Shown piece after piece: positions 1 through 14,052 of a DNA stretch of 64,000 nt; position 1 is the stretch's first letter; each line of letters opens with the position of its first letter. This DNA comes from the human T2T-CHM13v2.0 reference genome, Homo sapiens. Both the position numbers and the translations under genes were made by a program. The stretch lies in the NCBI RefSeq assembly GCF_009914755.1, contig NC_060936.1, one strand, 5' to 3'. The notes beneath the pieces were generated by a model. The model ran no database searches. It saw only the letters and a program-made list of their open reading frames with translations, and had not been told where the DNA came from.

Positions 1-1989
1 GAAAAATTCAATTAAATTTAGCTTGTCTATGAATTTTTAATATACTTAATTTATGATTAGATACTGTATATTAATACAATACTGTAAATAATAAGGGACA
101 ATATTCTGTTTTTAAATATATGAATTTATCAAATGTACAAATGGATTTAGTTACTTGGATACAGAGAAATCAAACTTTTTCATTTTTTCTTATATATAAA
201 ATGAATTCTCAATCCCTGCTCCCTCTGCTTATGTTGGTTTGAATATTGGTTCAAATTTCCTGAAGAAGTTTTGTTGATTACATACTGATAGTCTTAAGCC
301 ATAATCAAACTCTTTGTATTTAAGAATCTCCTTGGGAGCAGGAGATAATTACTTATGATCTATATTAAAGTGACCTTGGAGTTTCCAACAAAAAAATCTC
401 CAAGTCAACTTTTAAGAGCAGACATAAGTGACTATCTTTATTTATTTTCTTCCTGCCATATGTTGCAGTCCTATCACAAGACCCACCACTAAGAGACTTC
501 ACGAAGCTACAAAGGCTTATATACTTTTACATACGATTTTCTCTTTTGATAATCTATCATAAATGAAAAATCTAAAATTATAACATCATTTATAATAGTA
601 TACAAAAAATTGAGGACAAAAATGTAAATAATTACTATAGAGTAACAGTTATGGAAAGATTAAGTGTTATACAATTGTTAGGCATGAAGAGTTAACAAGA
701 TTTTATATAATCATAAATACATTAAACCAAAAAATATGCATAGAAAAAATAGAAGAAAATGCAGAAACATATTTTCAGGTATATTTTTCTGGTGTGCTAA
801 GTGTTTATCATATTTTCTTAATAGTTTTCTATTTTTTCTAAAATACCTGTATTCATTTTACTTTTATAAGTTATGTGATTTTATAATAAAGCATTTATTT
901 TCATTTTAAAATATGACTATAAATGTTTCTGTGCATTCAGAATGCAAATTAGTCAAAATTAATCATCTTTTTCTGTTTTCAAACAACTTTAAAGTACACA
1001 AATATGGATATATAACCTAGAAATATAACTTCCTCTATTAAAAATGCAGTTCCAAATATGATTAATTTACAACAGAACAACAGCTCAGATACAAGAGAAA
1101 TTGAAATAAAACAAGAAACATGTATGTGCAATTAGATCTTACTATGTCTGGCTTTGGTCATATTTCTATGTATGTTATTCTAAAGTATATGTTATTTGTA
1201 AATTATTTTCATTTTTCTTAACAAGGCATTGCTAAAGTTTTAAAAAGAAGGTTATATCACATAGGTATGCTATATGGAAGAACAGTAACTGACTGGCTTA
1301 ATTTAGAAAAAAAATATTTTTTTCAAAGGATTTTGGATATGTGAGAATAAATAGGAAGCTTCAAGAAAAGACTTGGGCAGCGTTCAGAACCTATTTTGAC
1401 TAGGCAGCAGGAAATAATACCAGAAGCACATCATAGGAGCTATCCAATGAGAACATCGCCGCTGCTATTACCACTGAGGTTATGATGTCACTACTAGGAC
1501 TTTGATCCCTCCTTTCTGGAAGTTCCAAGACTAGTTCAGGCCCTTTAACCTTGCAAAGGCCAGCCACAGGAGACTTACACCTTACTTGGTTTATCTTCAA
1601 ACAATCTGACTGTTCAGGTGCTTTCTAGCTACAAAAGTGAAACGTGCATTGCAATATTATATTTTTTTGTATTATCAAAACTGCTATAGCATCTACATCT
1701 TAGTTGAGTGAATTAGCATCTTCCTAGTCACTCAAAGTAAAAACCTGGAATTCAGCCTTAAATATTTACTCCTTGTCCTGCTTATTCACTGTATTATCAA
1801 GCTTTACCATTTTAAAATATTTCAACATCAATGTCCTATTTGTATTCTAAACATCTCTGCTTTAATAAATATCTTTCTTAGTATTTCCAGAACTGCTGCA
1901 ATAAGATTCTTATTTATCTCTTTTTATGGAAGATATTAAAAATATATATCATCCTCAAACTGTTACTCAACAAACAATATATCTTTGAA

Positions 1990-3150
1990 ATATATATACA
2001 TAAATTGGAAAATTTTAGAAATAGAAGGAAAAATGTGATAAACGATTCATTGACTCAGCTTTAGAAATTGACAGATTGGGGTGAAAACAATAATAATATA
2101 GAAGAGGTAAATAACTGAATCAACAAGCTTGATTTAAAAGATATTCTATCCATTTTCTATTGCTACTCTAATAAGTTATCACAAACCTAGTGGTTGAATC
2201 AATATAAATTTATTATTTCAAACAGTTTTATTGGTCAGGAGTTTGACACATGTCTCACCAAGCTAAAATCAAGATGTCAGTGAGGCTCCCTTCCTTTCTG
2301 TAGGCTCTAAAGATGATTCTTTTTTTCTTGCCTTTTCCACCTGCTAGAGGAAACTCACAATCCTAGGCTCATCGGTCCTTTTGTCAATCTTAAAGGCTAA
2401 CAAAATAGGATCTCTCTCAAACTCTTCTCATTTGTCACATTTCTCTCACTGAACAAAACTGGGACCATTTCATGGTCCTTAACCTTAATCATTTCTGCAT
2501 AATCCCTTTTATCATGTAAAGTAACATATTCACAGGTTCTGGAAATTAGGGCATGGACATCATTTAGAGACTATTATTCTATGTACAACAAAAATAATTA
2601 AACTGTAAACCTCCAAAAGAAAGGATATACATTGTTCTCAAACCCATGCTTGAAACTCCCCAAAAATGACCATAAAGGCGATATTGACAAAAAAACAAAA
2701 ATTCAGAAATATTGCAGGTCATTTTGCCTGACTACAATTAAAAAAAAAGACATAATAAAATATCTAAAATATTTAAAGATCAGTAAATTTATAAGCCCTA
2801 TAATAAAATGAAATTCTTGTGGAATAAAAAAAAATTAAAATGACAACCTACCATAAATACATAACATTAAGAATATAGTGCATCAAAAGCTTGGAGGTAG
2901 AGCTAAAGTGATCCTCAAAGGAACAGATAACCCTTATGCTCGTTGTCATCAAATGAGAAAATGGAAACTAAATTAGATTATTATTTGAAAGATCTTCAAA
3001 GAGGACAACAAAGCCGCCACAAATAAAAAATTAATACAAATACAAGTCTAAGAGAAAAACTAAAGAATTAATGAAGACAATGATTCACAGAAAGATTCAA
3101 GTAGACAATACTTTCATATTTATGACTCAGAAAGAGAAAGAGAGTGAAAC
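1990..3150 (+). mobile_element. Old L1 (L1M-type) ORF2 endonuclease-region fragment, interrupted by an MLT1 LTR
   Basis: A-rich degenerate L1 ORF2-like text (caacaagcttgatttaaaagata ... tatacattgttctcaaaccc ... agctaaagtgatcctcaaaggaa) continues on both sides of 2145-2590. Confidence 0.55.
2145..2590 (-). mobile_element. MLT1 (MLT1D-like) ERVL-MaLR solo LTR
   Basis: ttttctattgctactctaataagttatcacaaacctagtgg ... gctaaaatcaagatgtcag ... gtaacatattcacaggttctggaaattagggcatggacatc matches the reverse strand of the MLT1 consensus. Confidence 0.8.
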
Positions 3151-3179
3151 AGAGAGAGAGGGAATCTGCCTATTTTCTT

Positions 3180-3610
3180 TCTGACCTAATTTCTCAGTAA
3201 CTCTCCCTAACTTAATACCACTCTGCCCCCAAAACACTGTTTCTTTGTTGCTCCTGAAAAAGGACAGACATGTTCGGTCTCAGACATTATACCTGCTTTT
3301 ACACTATGCCTGGAATTCTTTTACCATATAGATATTTTCAATATAATCATTTGTTATTTCTTTCCTTTAAGCTCTCTACTGATGGCACTATTTAACATTG
3401 AAACCAGCTCTCCTTACCTTATTTATTTATTTCCTTTTCTTTTTGAAAGTTTTCTTCTATAATTATTATCATCATCAGAGATACCATATTCTGTAGTCTA
3501 CAAACTCAGTAAGGCTCGGAATTTAGTTTGTTCATTGTACCTCAATGACAGAAAAGTGAATGTTTAATACAAGATATGTGGCTGTAAATAAATATAGGAA
3601 TGAATAAAAG
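3180..3610 (+). mobile_element. L2 3' end fragment
   Basis: tgcctggaattc ... tttgttcattgtacctc ... aaatataggaatgaataaa resembles the L2 terminus. Confidence 0.5.
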
Positions 3611-4147
3611 TAAAAGGGATAAACAAGAAAAACAGCTATAGACATATAGAAAACAACAAAAATACAACTTTATTGAAATAGGAGTCCAAATCTACATGAA
3701 ATTTGATTATTATTTGGGAAAATTTAGCCATTGGATTTTCAACATGTATGGCATAACATCAAATAACCTTTATACTCAGTAGATACAAGAAAAAGGATTC
3801 ATCTGAATATTTTAAATACAGGCATAAACTTTAATTTTTGAAATAAAAATATCTCATTAATTGTATACTATTATTTTTGAATGTCCTTTGCTTGAGGAAG
3901 TTGCATGGAACTTGGTTTGGGCAATAAGGACTAAAAAGGTAAGAGTGAAGACAAAGTAACTTAATGCCTTGTATAAGGCATTAAGTTTGAGTTTATAATA
4001 ATCCAGTGAATAACAATTATATATGAAAACAAAATAATTTTATCATGTAGAGTCCTATTTTCTAGTCTTTCTTGTATCTGGAGTTACTGTCTATACCCAT
4101 GATATTTATTATAATATTGAGTAGTCATTGCTTTTATATTAACCAGA

Positions 4148-4860
<713 letters not shown>

Positions 4861-5353
4861 CCAGCTATCCCACTTTTTCTAACAACTTCCAGCTTTTCCT
4901 TTTGGTAACCAGCCTTCCTCCAATCTTATCATATATTTTTATGGTTTTCAGCCCATACCAAGTTCCAATGATAGGACTTCAGTGACATCACCTAATTAAC
5001 ATAATCCTGTCACATTGCTGAAGATTAGTTGTGGCATGAGGAGCAGCCTCAATAAATAAGACCAAACTCATGGATTTATTTGATTGTGGTCAGAGTTCAT
5101 GTTCTCTACCTTTAATGTGAATTAGAGCACTTGTAGACCTGGTTGCTAGTGGCAGCCATTTGGTACACTAAGTAGAAAAACCCTGAGACCTAAACCAGAT
5201 AAGAAAGAGAGCATTGCTGAGAGAGTCACAGAAAAATTGAGCTAGAGTCCTGATTGGCCATGCCTGCCACCAGAATTATCTCTAGGCTTTTTAGCTCCAT
5301 AAATCAGGGAATCTTTTCCATTGTTGAAGTGGTTTTTACTTTATAAGGACAAA

Positions 5354-5393
5354 ATGTGTGTGTGTGTATGTGTGTGTGTGTGTGTGTGTGTGT
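5354..5393. repeat. (TG)n microsatellite
   Basis: About 19 TG units with one interruption. Confidence 0.95.
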
Positions 5394-7879
5394 TGTATTG
5401 TGTAAGATTTGGATTTTTAAAAAAGTTTGTTTTTCGTTTTTTGTCATTTTTTAAATTGAGATTCTTGCTATATATAAAGTTCTTCCCACTAGCACAGCCT
5501 AAAACTCTTGTTCTTCGTATCAAATTAAATTTCTCAGCAGTTTTGCTTCCCTAGCCTGTAGTTTTGTTCCCTGAACCTTAAAATAAATTTTAATATGAAC
5601 ATGTAGACACTTCTTCAGTGCATTATTACAGATTGAGATAATTGGCTCTGTAATTATATTGTTTCTCTTTAGAAAAATAGAATCAGAGCACTAATACTGC
5701 AATTTGTATGTTGATCCCTTTATATCATTCTGTCAGACTTCTGGTCTTCAAAGGTTTCCTGAGTCTATTATAATATAGCATAATTCATTCATTTTGCCAT
5801 CCACACCATTTGTGAGAATGTTCTCATTAATTACCTTCAATATCAACCATTACATCCTCATCTGAAACTATGTCCTTTTCTTCAACATTTTTGTCGTGAT
5901 GTTTTAAACTCTTTCTTCAGGAAAAAATAATAATCTCAGCTCTTTGTGAAGACATGATGAATTATTTCCATGAAGGCTCATTTACGAAAAACAACAAAGA
6001 GTTCTTACAAGAAACAAGGGAACAATCAATTCAGATGAAAAAGAAGTGACCTATGCCTACCCAAACCCAAATGAACCTTTTCTATGGTTCAAAAATTTGG
6101 TTAGCTTATTTCTGTTTGTTTTCTTTTTCATTTTCATGCTTCTATGCATTTCCAGCTGGACTGACTCTGGAAGGAGCAATATATTACAAGAAAGCTTGTT
6201 CTTGTATTTCCAATCTGATTTCAACCTTTCATGAGAAAGGTTAGGATAATCACAAGAAGGCTGAGTTTCTTATCTGAACCTCATCTCTCAACCTTAAAAG
6301 GCTTACCCATCACTAGTTCTTAATTTCCAGTGTTCCCTTCTGGGCTAGAATATTTGTTATGATTAATGTATCTCTGATCTTTCCCTCTGTCTCTGCCTCA
6401 TTCTCTTTCTTCCCCTGTCTTCCGAAGATAACATCTTTCCGGTGTTCCTCTCACATTTATTTGTTTATTTCCAGCTCTTTCATCTCTTGAAAGGTTAACT
6501 TTGGAATCATGGCTAGATATTCCTTGTGGACTGGAAAGTCCACAAGGAAAATATATTAGAGATTGTGAGTTAACTTTATGATTTTTTCTCTTTTATTAAA
6601 AACAATAGTTTCAACACTCAGTTATTTGTCTGGATTGTACAATTAAGGTAGTATTGAATACAAAATATTTGTCACTATCAAACAATTATAGATAATGATT
6701 GTATAATGGATATAATTAAGAAGGTTTAAATTCATTGTCTTGTATAAATAATTTTCTTTAAAATGAAATAATTAAAAGCATCATTTTCAAAATACAATAT
6801 TTTATTAGAGCAAGAAATTGAAGCCATTATTGGCTTTACTTCAGTATCTCTAATCTGTAAACATGCTAACAAGAGAGAATAAAGCCAGGAACACTGAAGT
6901 ACTACGAACTTAATTTACCATTTTACCAAAGAGGCTGAGATTTTGGGGAAAGGCCTGCATGGAAGTTAGATTAAATTGAGAGCCAGCACAAATTATATTG
7001 GAGAAATAAAAATAATAGCCTTGCTACCTAAGAAAAAGTGTAAACAAGAGTGGACAAAGAACACAAAGGAATAGAAATAAGGAATAGATAAATACATAAT
7101 ATTTTAAGGCACAATCTGTAATTCTTTGGCTAAAAAAAGTTTCACAAGCTAGTCAATATGAACAAATCCCTTCTTAGTAATAATAGTAATTTTTTTAACA
7201 TTTCCTAATTATTTTTAAAAACTAAACTACATATTTGAAATGAATAAGCAAATGAAGTAATTTTAAAAAACACATTTCAGTATAGTTTTGATGCATAAAA
7301 TAATGGCAAGCTATTTTTGTCATAAAATCTTTGATTATAGGAAAAGTGGGAAAATCAATGAAACAAAAAAGAACTTCTGATTATTCTCCATAATACTTTT
7401 ATTCTCCATAGCTTTGCTTTTCTCATGACATGATGGCATGTAACAATTAAATGAGTTTTATTCTAGATCATTTGTTATTAGAGATATTTTATAATACTAA
7501 CGAAACCTGCAAAACTATTATATAGGCTTTTTATTTAATCCAATCTCAAGTGTTGTTTCTGCTACAGATGCTCTATCTAGAGCATTTCTGAAAGGCCAGC
7601 TACAGGAGTGACTCAATTTATGGAATAAGAAATCAGACATTAATAGAGATTCAAATCTCTAGTTCTCATTAACCTTCTAGCTCTGAGCAAGCAAATGAAG
7701 TCCTAAGCTTTAGGAGTTAGTTAGTTATTATTTTTCTTTTTATTATGATCTTCTGATAAGGATAAAAAGAAAATCTATCTATATAATCATTATAAAAAGT
7801 AAATCTAATACGAGTGGAAAACTATTGAAGAAAAATATTATAAAGTTAGGAATTATAAGAGAACAATAATGGGATTCTA

Positions 7880-8110
7880 GTAGATTGGACTTGGGGTCGG
7901 ACACACTTGAGTCCATATCATAAGTTTTCTGCTTTCAAGCTGATGATTTTATGCAAATTCCAACTTCTTGTAGCCCCAGTTTCCTTACGTGTAAAAATTA
8001 TGATACCTATCTTATTGAGCAGTTTTGAGAATTAAAAAGGTAAGATGATACTTAGCAGAGCTCTGCAAAGAAAGTAACTAATAATCAATGAAGCTAAAAA
8101 TAATAATAAG
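7880..8110 (+). mobile_element. MIR SINE
   Basis: Core gccccagtttccttacgtgtaaaa ... atacctatcttattgagcagttttgagaattaaa. Confidence 0.7.
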
Positions 8111-10379
8111 ATGGTGCTTTCTGAGTGTTTTGAAGTAATTAAATTGACCAGGTAAGATATAACCTGCTGAAAGTGAGATTAACCTTTTTGAAATTTATGC
8201 TAAAGGATGGTGAGCTGAAATTATGTTCCCATCACATTGGATAACTTAAATGACATTTTCATATATATTAAATGATGGGAATAACTAATTTTAAACACAT
8301 GAACCAATGATAAAAACTTTCTTTTTTTCAAAATTCCTCAAGGACTTTTTAAACTCCCTTAAGGTTATTGTCAATATGATGCTGTTTATTTCAACCTATG
8401 GAGCTGCTCTGTCTCCTTGTTTTTTTCCTCAACACATCTACCAGGTTTAACTGGTGTCAACTCTTTGTGACCTCTAGCGAGGCAAATGGCTGAAGCGTCT
8501 GGCAGGTTCATTTGCACAGTAATGAGTTCTGTCTACTAGTCTGCTAGAGACTGATGGGGAGAAGGAGATTACTTTCCACCACTGCCTATTAAATGTGATT
8601 GACATTCCTGTATGATATCTGTCTTCTTTAACAGCCTTCTCTCCTCCCCTAGAAACATTTCATGAGCACAAAGAGTTGTACTTAAATGAGGTTTGAAGCA
8701 TTGCTCTTCTTCCACATGTTTTCATTTCAATTCTTAAGGTATAAAAAGAATTTTTAGCGAAAAGAAAAAAATGATATGATACTGTGCATAACTGGTAAGA
8801 GGAAAAAAACTTTTGAGTGTTGAAAACATTAAAATAAAATACTTTATCAAGTCTCCTTCAGCAAAAGAAACAGAGAAAAAGTAGAAAATATATTCTAACT
8901 CTTCTAACTCATTATATTTTCTTTAGCATCGTTAATTGTGCCTTTTCGCTTAATATTTTAAAACATTGACATTGATCATAGCTTTTATGTCTACATTTAT
9001 GTTCTAGTCTTCTGTTTTATTTTTTCTTTTAGTTCCATATTATCTATTTTAATATAATTTTTGTTTTATGATTCAATTCCTATAAACTTCTTTTTAAAAA
9101 GGTCTCTTAATAGCTCAGTAACTCGAAAAATTACAACAAACACAGTAACTTTTTTATTTTATACCCTCTAAAGCATGCATTTAGCAGAAAACATTCCAAA
9201 AAACCTCAACATAACACATATATTTTAATTCTTGTAAAATTTATTTTTTTCTATTACACTTTACTTTCAACATAGAAGGCCATAATATCATGTACATTTT
9301 ATTTTAAGGTCCCATTGCCGGAGTCCATTTTAAAACAAAATGGAAGGCTAAATTCTATTTAATTGCAACAAATCATGGGTAAATCATATTGAAATTCTTT
9401 CCATGTAGTAAAATGTGACTATCTTTTTCCATTGTTATATGTTTACATTAATTCCTGTGTATGCTTATGATCTATGTTTCATGTCAAACTTCCACTCGGT
9501 TGAATTTTTAAATGTACCTAATCATAATATCATTTATGCTAAGATCTGATGACTTAATAGCTTAAATAGTTGCCCACCAACTTTGAACTACATTTATTAG
9601 ATTCCTTCATAAGCATCTTTCTATATAAGGTAACCATGAAGGTCTGTCTGTTGGTTTAAGTTTTGGGTATAGCTCCAATTGGAGCTATTTGAGGCATGAA
9701 ATACACCTCAGCATAATTTAGAATTTCTGTATGCCCTGGTGTAAATCAACTGTTTGACAAGAGCAATGTAGCTATGAAAGTGAGAGTAGAGCAGAAATGT
9801 GTTTACATTCACTCTACATTCATTTTCATTGAAAGAGAAAGCAAGAGGCAGCCAGCTGCAGAAGAAAAAGTCAAATGCTGCTGTTAGGAGTCACTAAACA
9901 ATTTTACCCACATCAATTGTTAATAAGATATTTCTCACAGTTTTGCTGTTACAGAACGGGAAGCACTAAAGAATAGTAGATGTCATCTGTCAGCTCTAGC
10001 AAAACAGTGTTCTTAAATTCTCTTTGTAATAAAAAATGCTTCTATATTAACGATTGCTTTATTAAAGTATGGAGAAGGAGCTGTTGGGGACTTTTCTGGT
10101 ATTAGTATTATAATTTAATTTAACTTAGAGCAGAGGAGGAAATTTAATCATAGTAACGTGCTCATGTGATTCAGAAGCATGAAAAGTAATTACGTCAACC
10201 TTTATAGAGTCCAAAAGAGTTATGATTGATATAGCACAAGAAATGTATTAGAGTTGAAAAGACAGATCTGGAAAAAAATAACAGGAAGACATATAATATC
10301 TTGATTTTACTTTTAAATACACAGACACTGTTTAAAATAATGAATTAAAAGCAAAATAAGCAAGATGCATAAGTATTTA

Positions 10380-12808
10380 CTGGCAAAACTTGAAGATATT
10401 GCAGGTTTGATTCCATACCACTGCAAAAAAGCAAGTGACACAATTTTTTTTTTTGTTTCCCAGTGAACATAAAGGTTATATTTACACTACATTTTAATCT
10501 ATTACGTGTGCAATAACATTATATCCACAGAAGCAATGTATTAGTTTCGTTCAAAGGTAATTGTGGTTTTTGCAATTACTTTCAATGGTGAAAACCACGA
10601 TCACTTTTGCACCAATTGAATATACCTCTTAATTAAAAATACTGTATGTCAAAAAATGCTAATGATCATCAGGACCTTCAGTGTGTCATAATTATTTTGC
10701 CGGTAGAAGAGGGCAACATCTTCATACTGATGTTGCTGACTGATCAAAGTGGTGGTTGCTGAAGTTTGGGGTAGCTGTGGCAATTTCTAAACATAAGACA
10801 ACAATGAAGCTTGTCACATCAATTGACTCTTCCTTTCCCAGAAGACTTCTCTGTAGCATGAAATGCTGTTCGGCAGCATTCTAGCCACACTAGAACTGCC
10901 TTCAAAATTGGAGTCAAACCTCTCAAATCTTGCTGTTGTTCTGTCGGTTAAATTTATGTAGCATTCCAAATCCTTTGTTGTCATTCCAACAGTGTTCACA
11001 GCATCTTCACCTGGTGTAGATTTCACCTCAAGGAACCACTTTCTTGGCTCATCCATAAAAAGCAACTCCTCACTCATTCAAATTTTTTCATAAGATTGCA
11101 GCAATTCAGTCACATCATCAAGATCCACTTCTAATTATCTTGCTCTTTTAATATATCTGCAGTTGCTTCCTCTACTGAAGACATGAATCCCTCAAAGTCA
11201 TCCTTGAGCGTTGGATTCAGCTTCTTTCAAACTTCTGCTAATATTGCTATTTTTATTTTTTCCCATGAATCACAAGTGTTTTTAATGGTATCTAAAATGG
11301 TGACTCCCTTCCAGGTTTCAATTTACTTTCCCCAGATTCATGAGATGAATCACTATCTGTGGCAGCTACAGCCAGCCTTATGAAATGTATTTCTTAAATA
11401 CTGAGGCTTGAAAATTGAACTTCCTACTTGATCCATGGGCTGCAAAATGGATGTTGTGTTAGCAGACATGAAAACATTAATCTCTTTGTACATCTTTATC
11501 AGAGTTCTTGGGTGACTAATTGCATTGTCAATGAGCAGTAGTATTTTGAAAGGAATCTTTTTTTTCAAAGCAGTAGTTTTCAACAGTGAGCTTAAAATAC
11601 TCAGTAAACCATGCTGTAAGCAGATGTGCTATCATCCAGGCTTTTCAATTCCATTTGTAGAGCACTGGTAGAGCAGATTCAGCATAAATCTTAAGGGCCC
11701 TAAGATTTTGAGGATGGTAAATGAGCATTGGCTTCAACTTAAAGTCACTAGCTCCATTAGCCCCAACAAGAGGGTCAGCTTGTCCTTTGAAGGTAGATTT
11801 CGGCTTTTCCTCTGTCATTATGAAAATTCTAGTTAGCATCTTCTTTCAATAGAAAGCTGTTCTGTCTACATTAAAAATCTATTTGTTTAGTATAGCGACT
11901 TTCATTAATAATCTTAGCTAGATCTTCTAGATATCTTGCTGCGGCTTCTATATCAGCACTTGCTGCTTCTCCTTGCACTCTTATATTATAAAGATGACTT
12001 CAGTTCTAAAATGTTAAGTTTTCTAGCTTCAAATTCTATTTCTGCAGCTTTCTTACCTCTCAGTCTTCATAGAGTTGAAGAAAGGTAGGACCTAGTTCTG
12101 GATTAGGCTTTGGCATACTTAAGGGAATGCTGTGGCTGCTCTGATATTCTATTGAGACCACTAAAACTTTCTTTGTATTAATAATAAGGCTGTCTCACTT
12201 TCTTATTCATGTGTTCACCGGTTAAGTTCTTTCAATTTTTTTCAAGAACTTTTCCTTTGTATCCACAACTTGGCTAATTGTTGGCTTAAGAGACCTAGGT
12301 TTGGTATATCTCAACTTTCAACATGTTTTCCACAGTAAGTTTAATCACTTGTAGCATTTGATTTAGTGAGAGTAGTGTTGCTTTTCTTTTCACCTAAACA
12401 CTTAGAGGCCATCGTAGGGTTATTAATTGGCCTAACTTCAATATTGTGTCTTAAGGAAAAGTAGGAAGAGAGACCAAGGAACAGCCAATCGGTGGAGCAA
12501 TCAGATAACACACAATATTTATCAATTAAGTTTGCCTTATGTGGGCAGAGCTCTGGATAAACTCAATAGTAAAATCAAAGATCACTGATCACATCACCAT
12601 TACAGGTATAATAATAAGGAAAGTCTGAAATGCTATGGGACTTAGCAAAAATGTGACACAGAGACACGAAGTGAGCACATGCTGTTGGAAAAATGGCACC
12701 AATAGACTTGTTCAATGTAGGGTTGCCACAAACCTTCAACTTGTTAAAAAAAAAAAAACGTATCTGTGAACTGCAATAGAACAAAGTATATTAAATGAGG
12801 TATGCTTG
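10380..12808 (-). mobile_element. Near full-length Tigger1 (pogo-like) DNA transposon with a disrupted transposase
   Basis: TIR-like ends ctggcaaaacttgaagatattgc and gaggtatgcttg with TA on both sides (10378-79, 12809-10). ORF fragments [37 protein letters not shown] and STPGEDAVN match the Tigger1/TIGD1 transposase. Confidence 0.95.
10541..10620. mobile_element. MADE1 (Hsmar1-derived MITE) nested in Tigger1
   Basis: 80-bp imperfect palindrome ttagtttcgttcaaaggtaattgtggtttttgcaatt-actttc-aatggtgaaaaccacgatcacttttgcaccaattgaa with TA at 10539-40 and 10621-22. Confidence 0.92.
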
Positions 12809-13804
12809 TATAATCCTTAAATTATATTTGTAATAATCTGGTGATCTGAGTTACCAATATGAGCAACATCTAAAAATTATTCTAATAAGAAATATTAAAT
12901 GTAACAGAACAACAAATCTAACAGAATGGACGATGATGAAGTGTTAAAGAAAATCCAGAATTTTTCTTCACTATCAGGAATGAAGAAAACATAATTCACT
13001 TTTAGTTTTAAATTTCCAAAAAGATTCAGGTACTATTTAATTTGAGAAATGAAAATATAACTGGTGGAATTTTAAAATACAACATGCAATCTTATATAAA
13101 TTTCATACTACTGTAAAGGTTGTTTTTCTAGAAGAATTCCTTTTATTATAAAGGCTGAATATTTTATTTTAGATGCCTAAGAGTAAAAACAAAACATTCT
13201 TCAACCTTAAAAAGCAAATCTTTTTACCTATCTTTTCTAAGCATCCTTTGTTCTGACAGACATCCTTTTCTAATAGCTCAAAAAGGCAATGCATGAGACC
13301 ATTTTTTTTCACATTGTTATATTTTCATTCAGTACATTTTTTGAGGGCCATAGGCTTATCCCTGAGTATTGCATATAGTTATACAGGGTGCTGAACAAGT
13401 GTATGTTAAAAAATTGAATGCTGAATATCAACATTGTCTTGGAGACAGTATTAATTATTGAATTTTGAATATTTCCAATCTGCATAGAAAATTATTTGAA
13501 ACAGAAAAAATTATTAACATATGAGGCTTTGTAGTAAATTATTTCAGCTATTTTATCTCCTAATACATTTAGAAATGCAGACGTAAATGCTTTTCAAATA
13601 ATGAGCTTTTGCTATCTATACCAAAACCATGCTCAGAAAAAGCAACTGATAAAAATAAATAAACTTTTAATTGCTCTATGTGTCTACCCATCTGGAAACA
13701 TTCTTTATATTTACTGACTTCTGTGATTTCTCATCCGTGAGACAATGACTTCTGATTTTGGGTTAGCTTCCCATGAGCTATTATTATATTCAATAATATT
13801 AATA

Positions 13805-14052
13805 AATTGTATTTATTGAATATATATTCTGAGTGTTATTTAAATATTTTACATGTATTAATTCATTTAATCCTCAGAACAACTCCCTAAGGTAGGATTT
13901 ATTATTTTACAAGCATTTTAAAGCTGAGGTAGGAAGGAATGGTGACATTAAGTATCTTTCCCTAGGTCACATACCTATTAAGTGGTAGGATAAGAATTTG
14001 AACAAAAGAAACTGGCTTCACAGCCAGCCCTCCTAGCCACTTTGATATACTA
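13805..14052 (-). mobile_element. MIR SINE
   Basis: ttcatttaatcctcagaacaactccctaaggtagg ... aggtcacatacctattaagtgg ... atttgaac. Confidence 0.8.

Noticed and set aside
5321-5554. ORFs with CVCVCV/THTHTH runs, also near 34717, 48449 and 61788
   Set aside because: Translations of TG/CA/TA microsatellites
10814-11839. Transposase-like ORFs as an active or domesticated TIGD gene
   Set aside because: Split into short pieces across frames with stops; a decayed Tigger1
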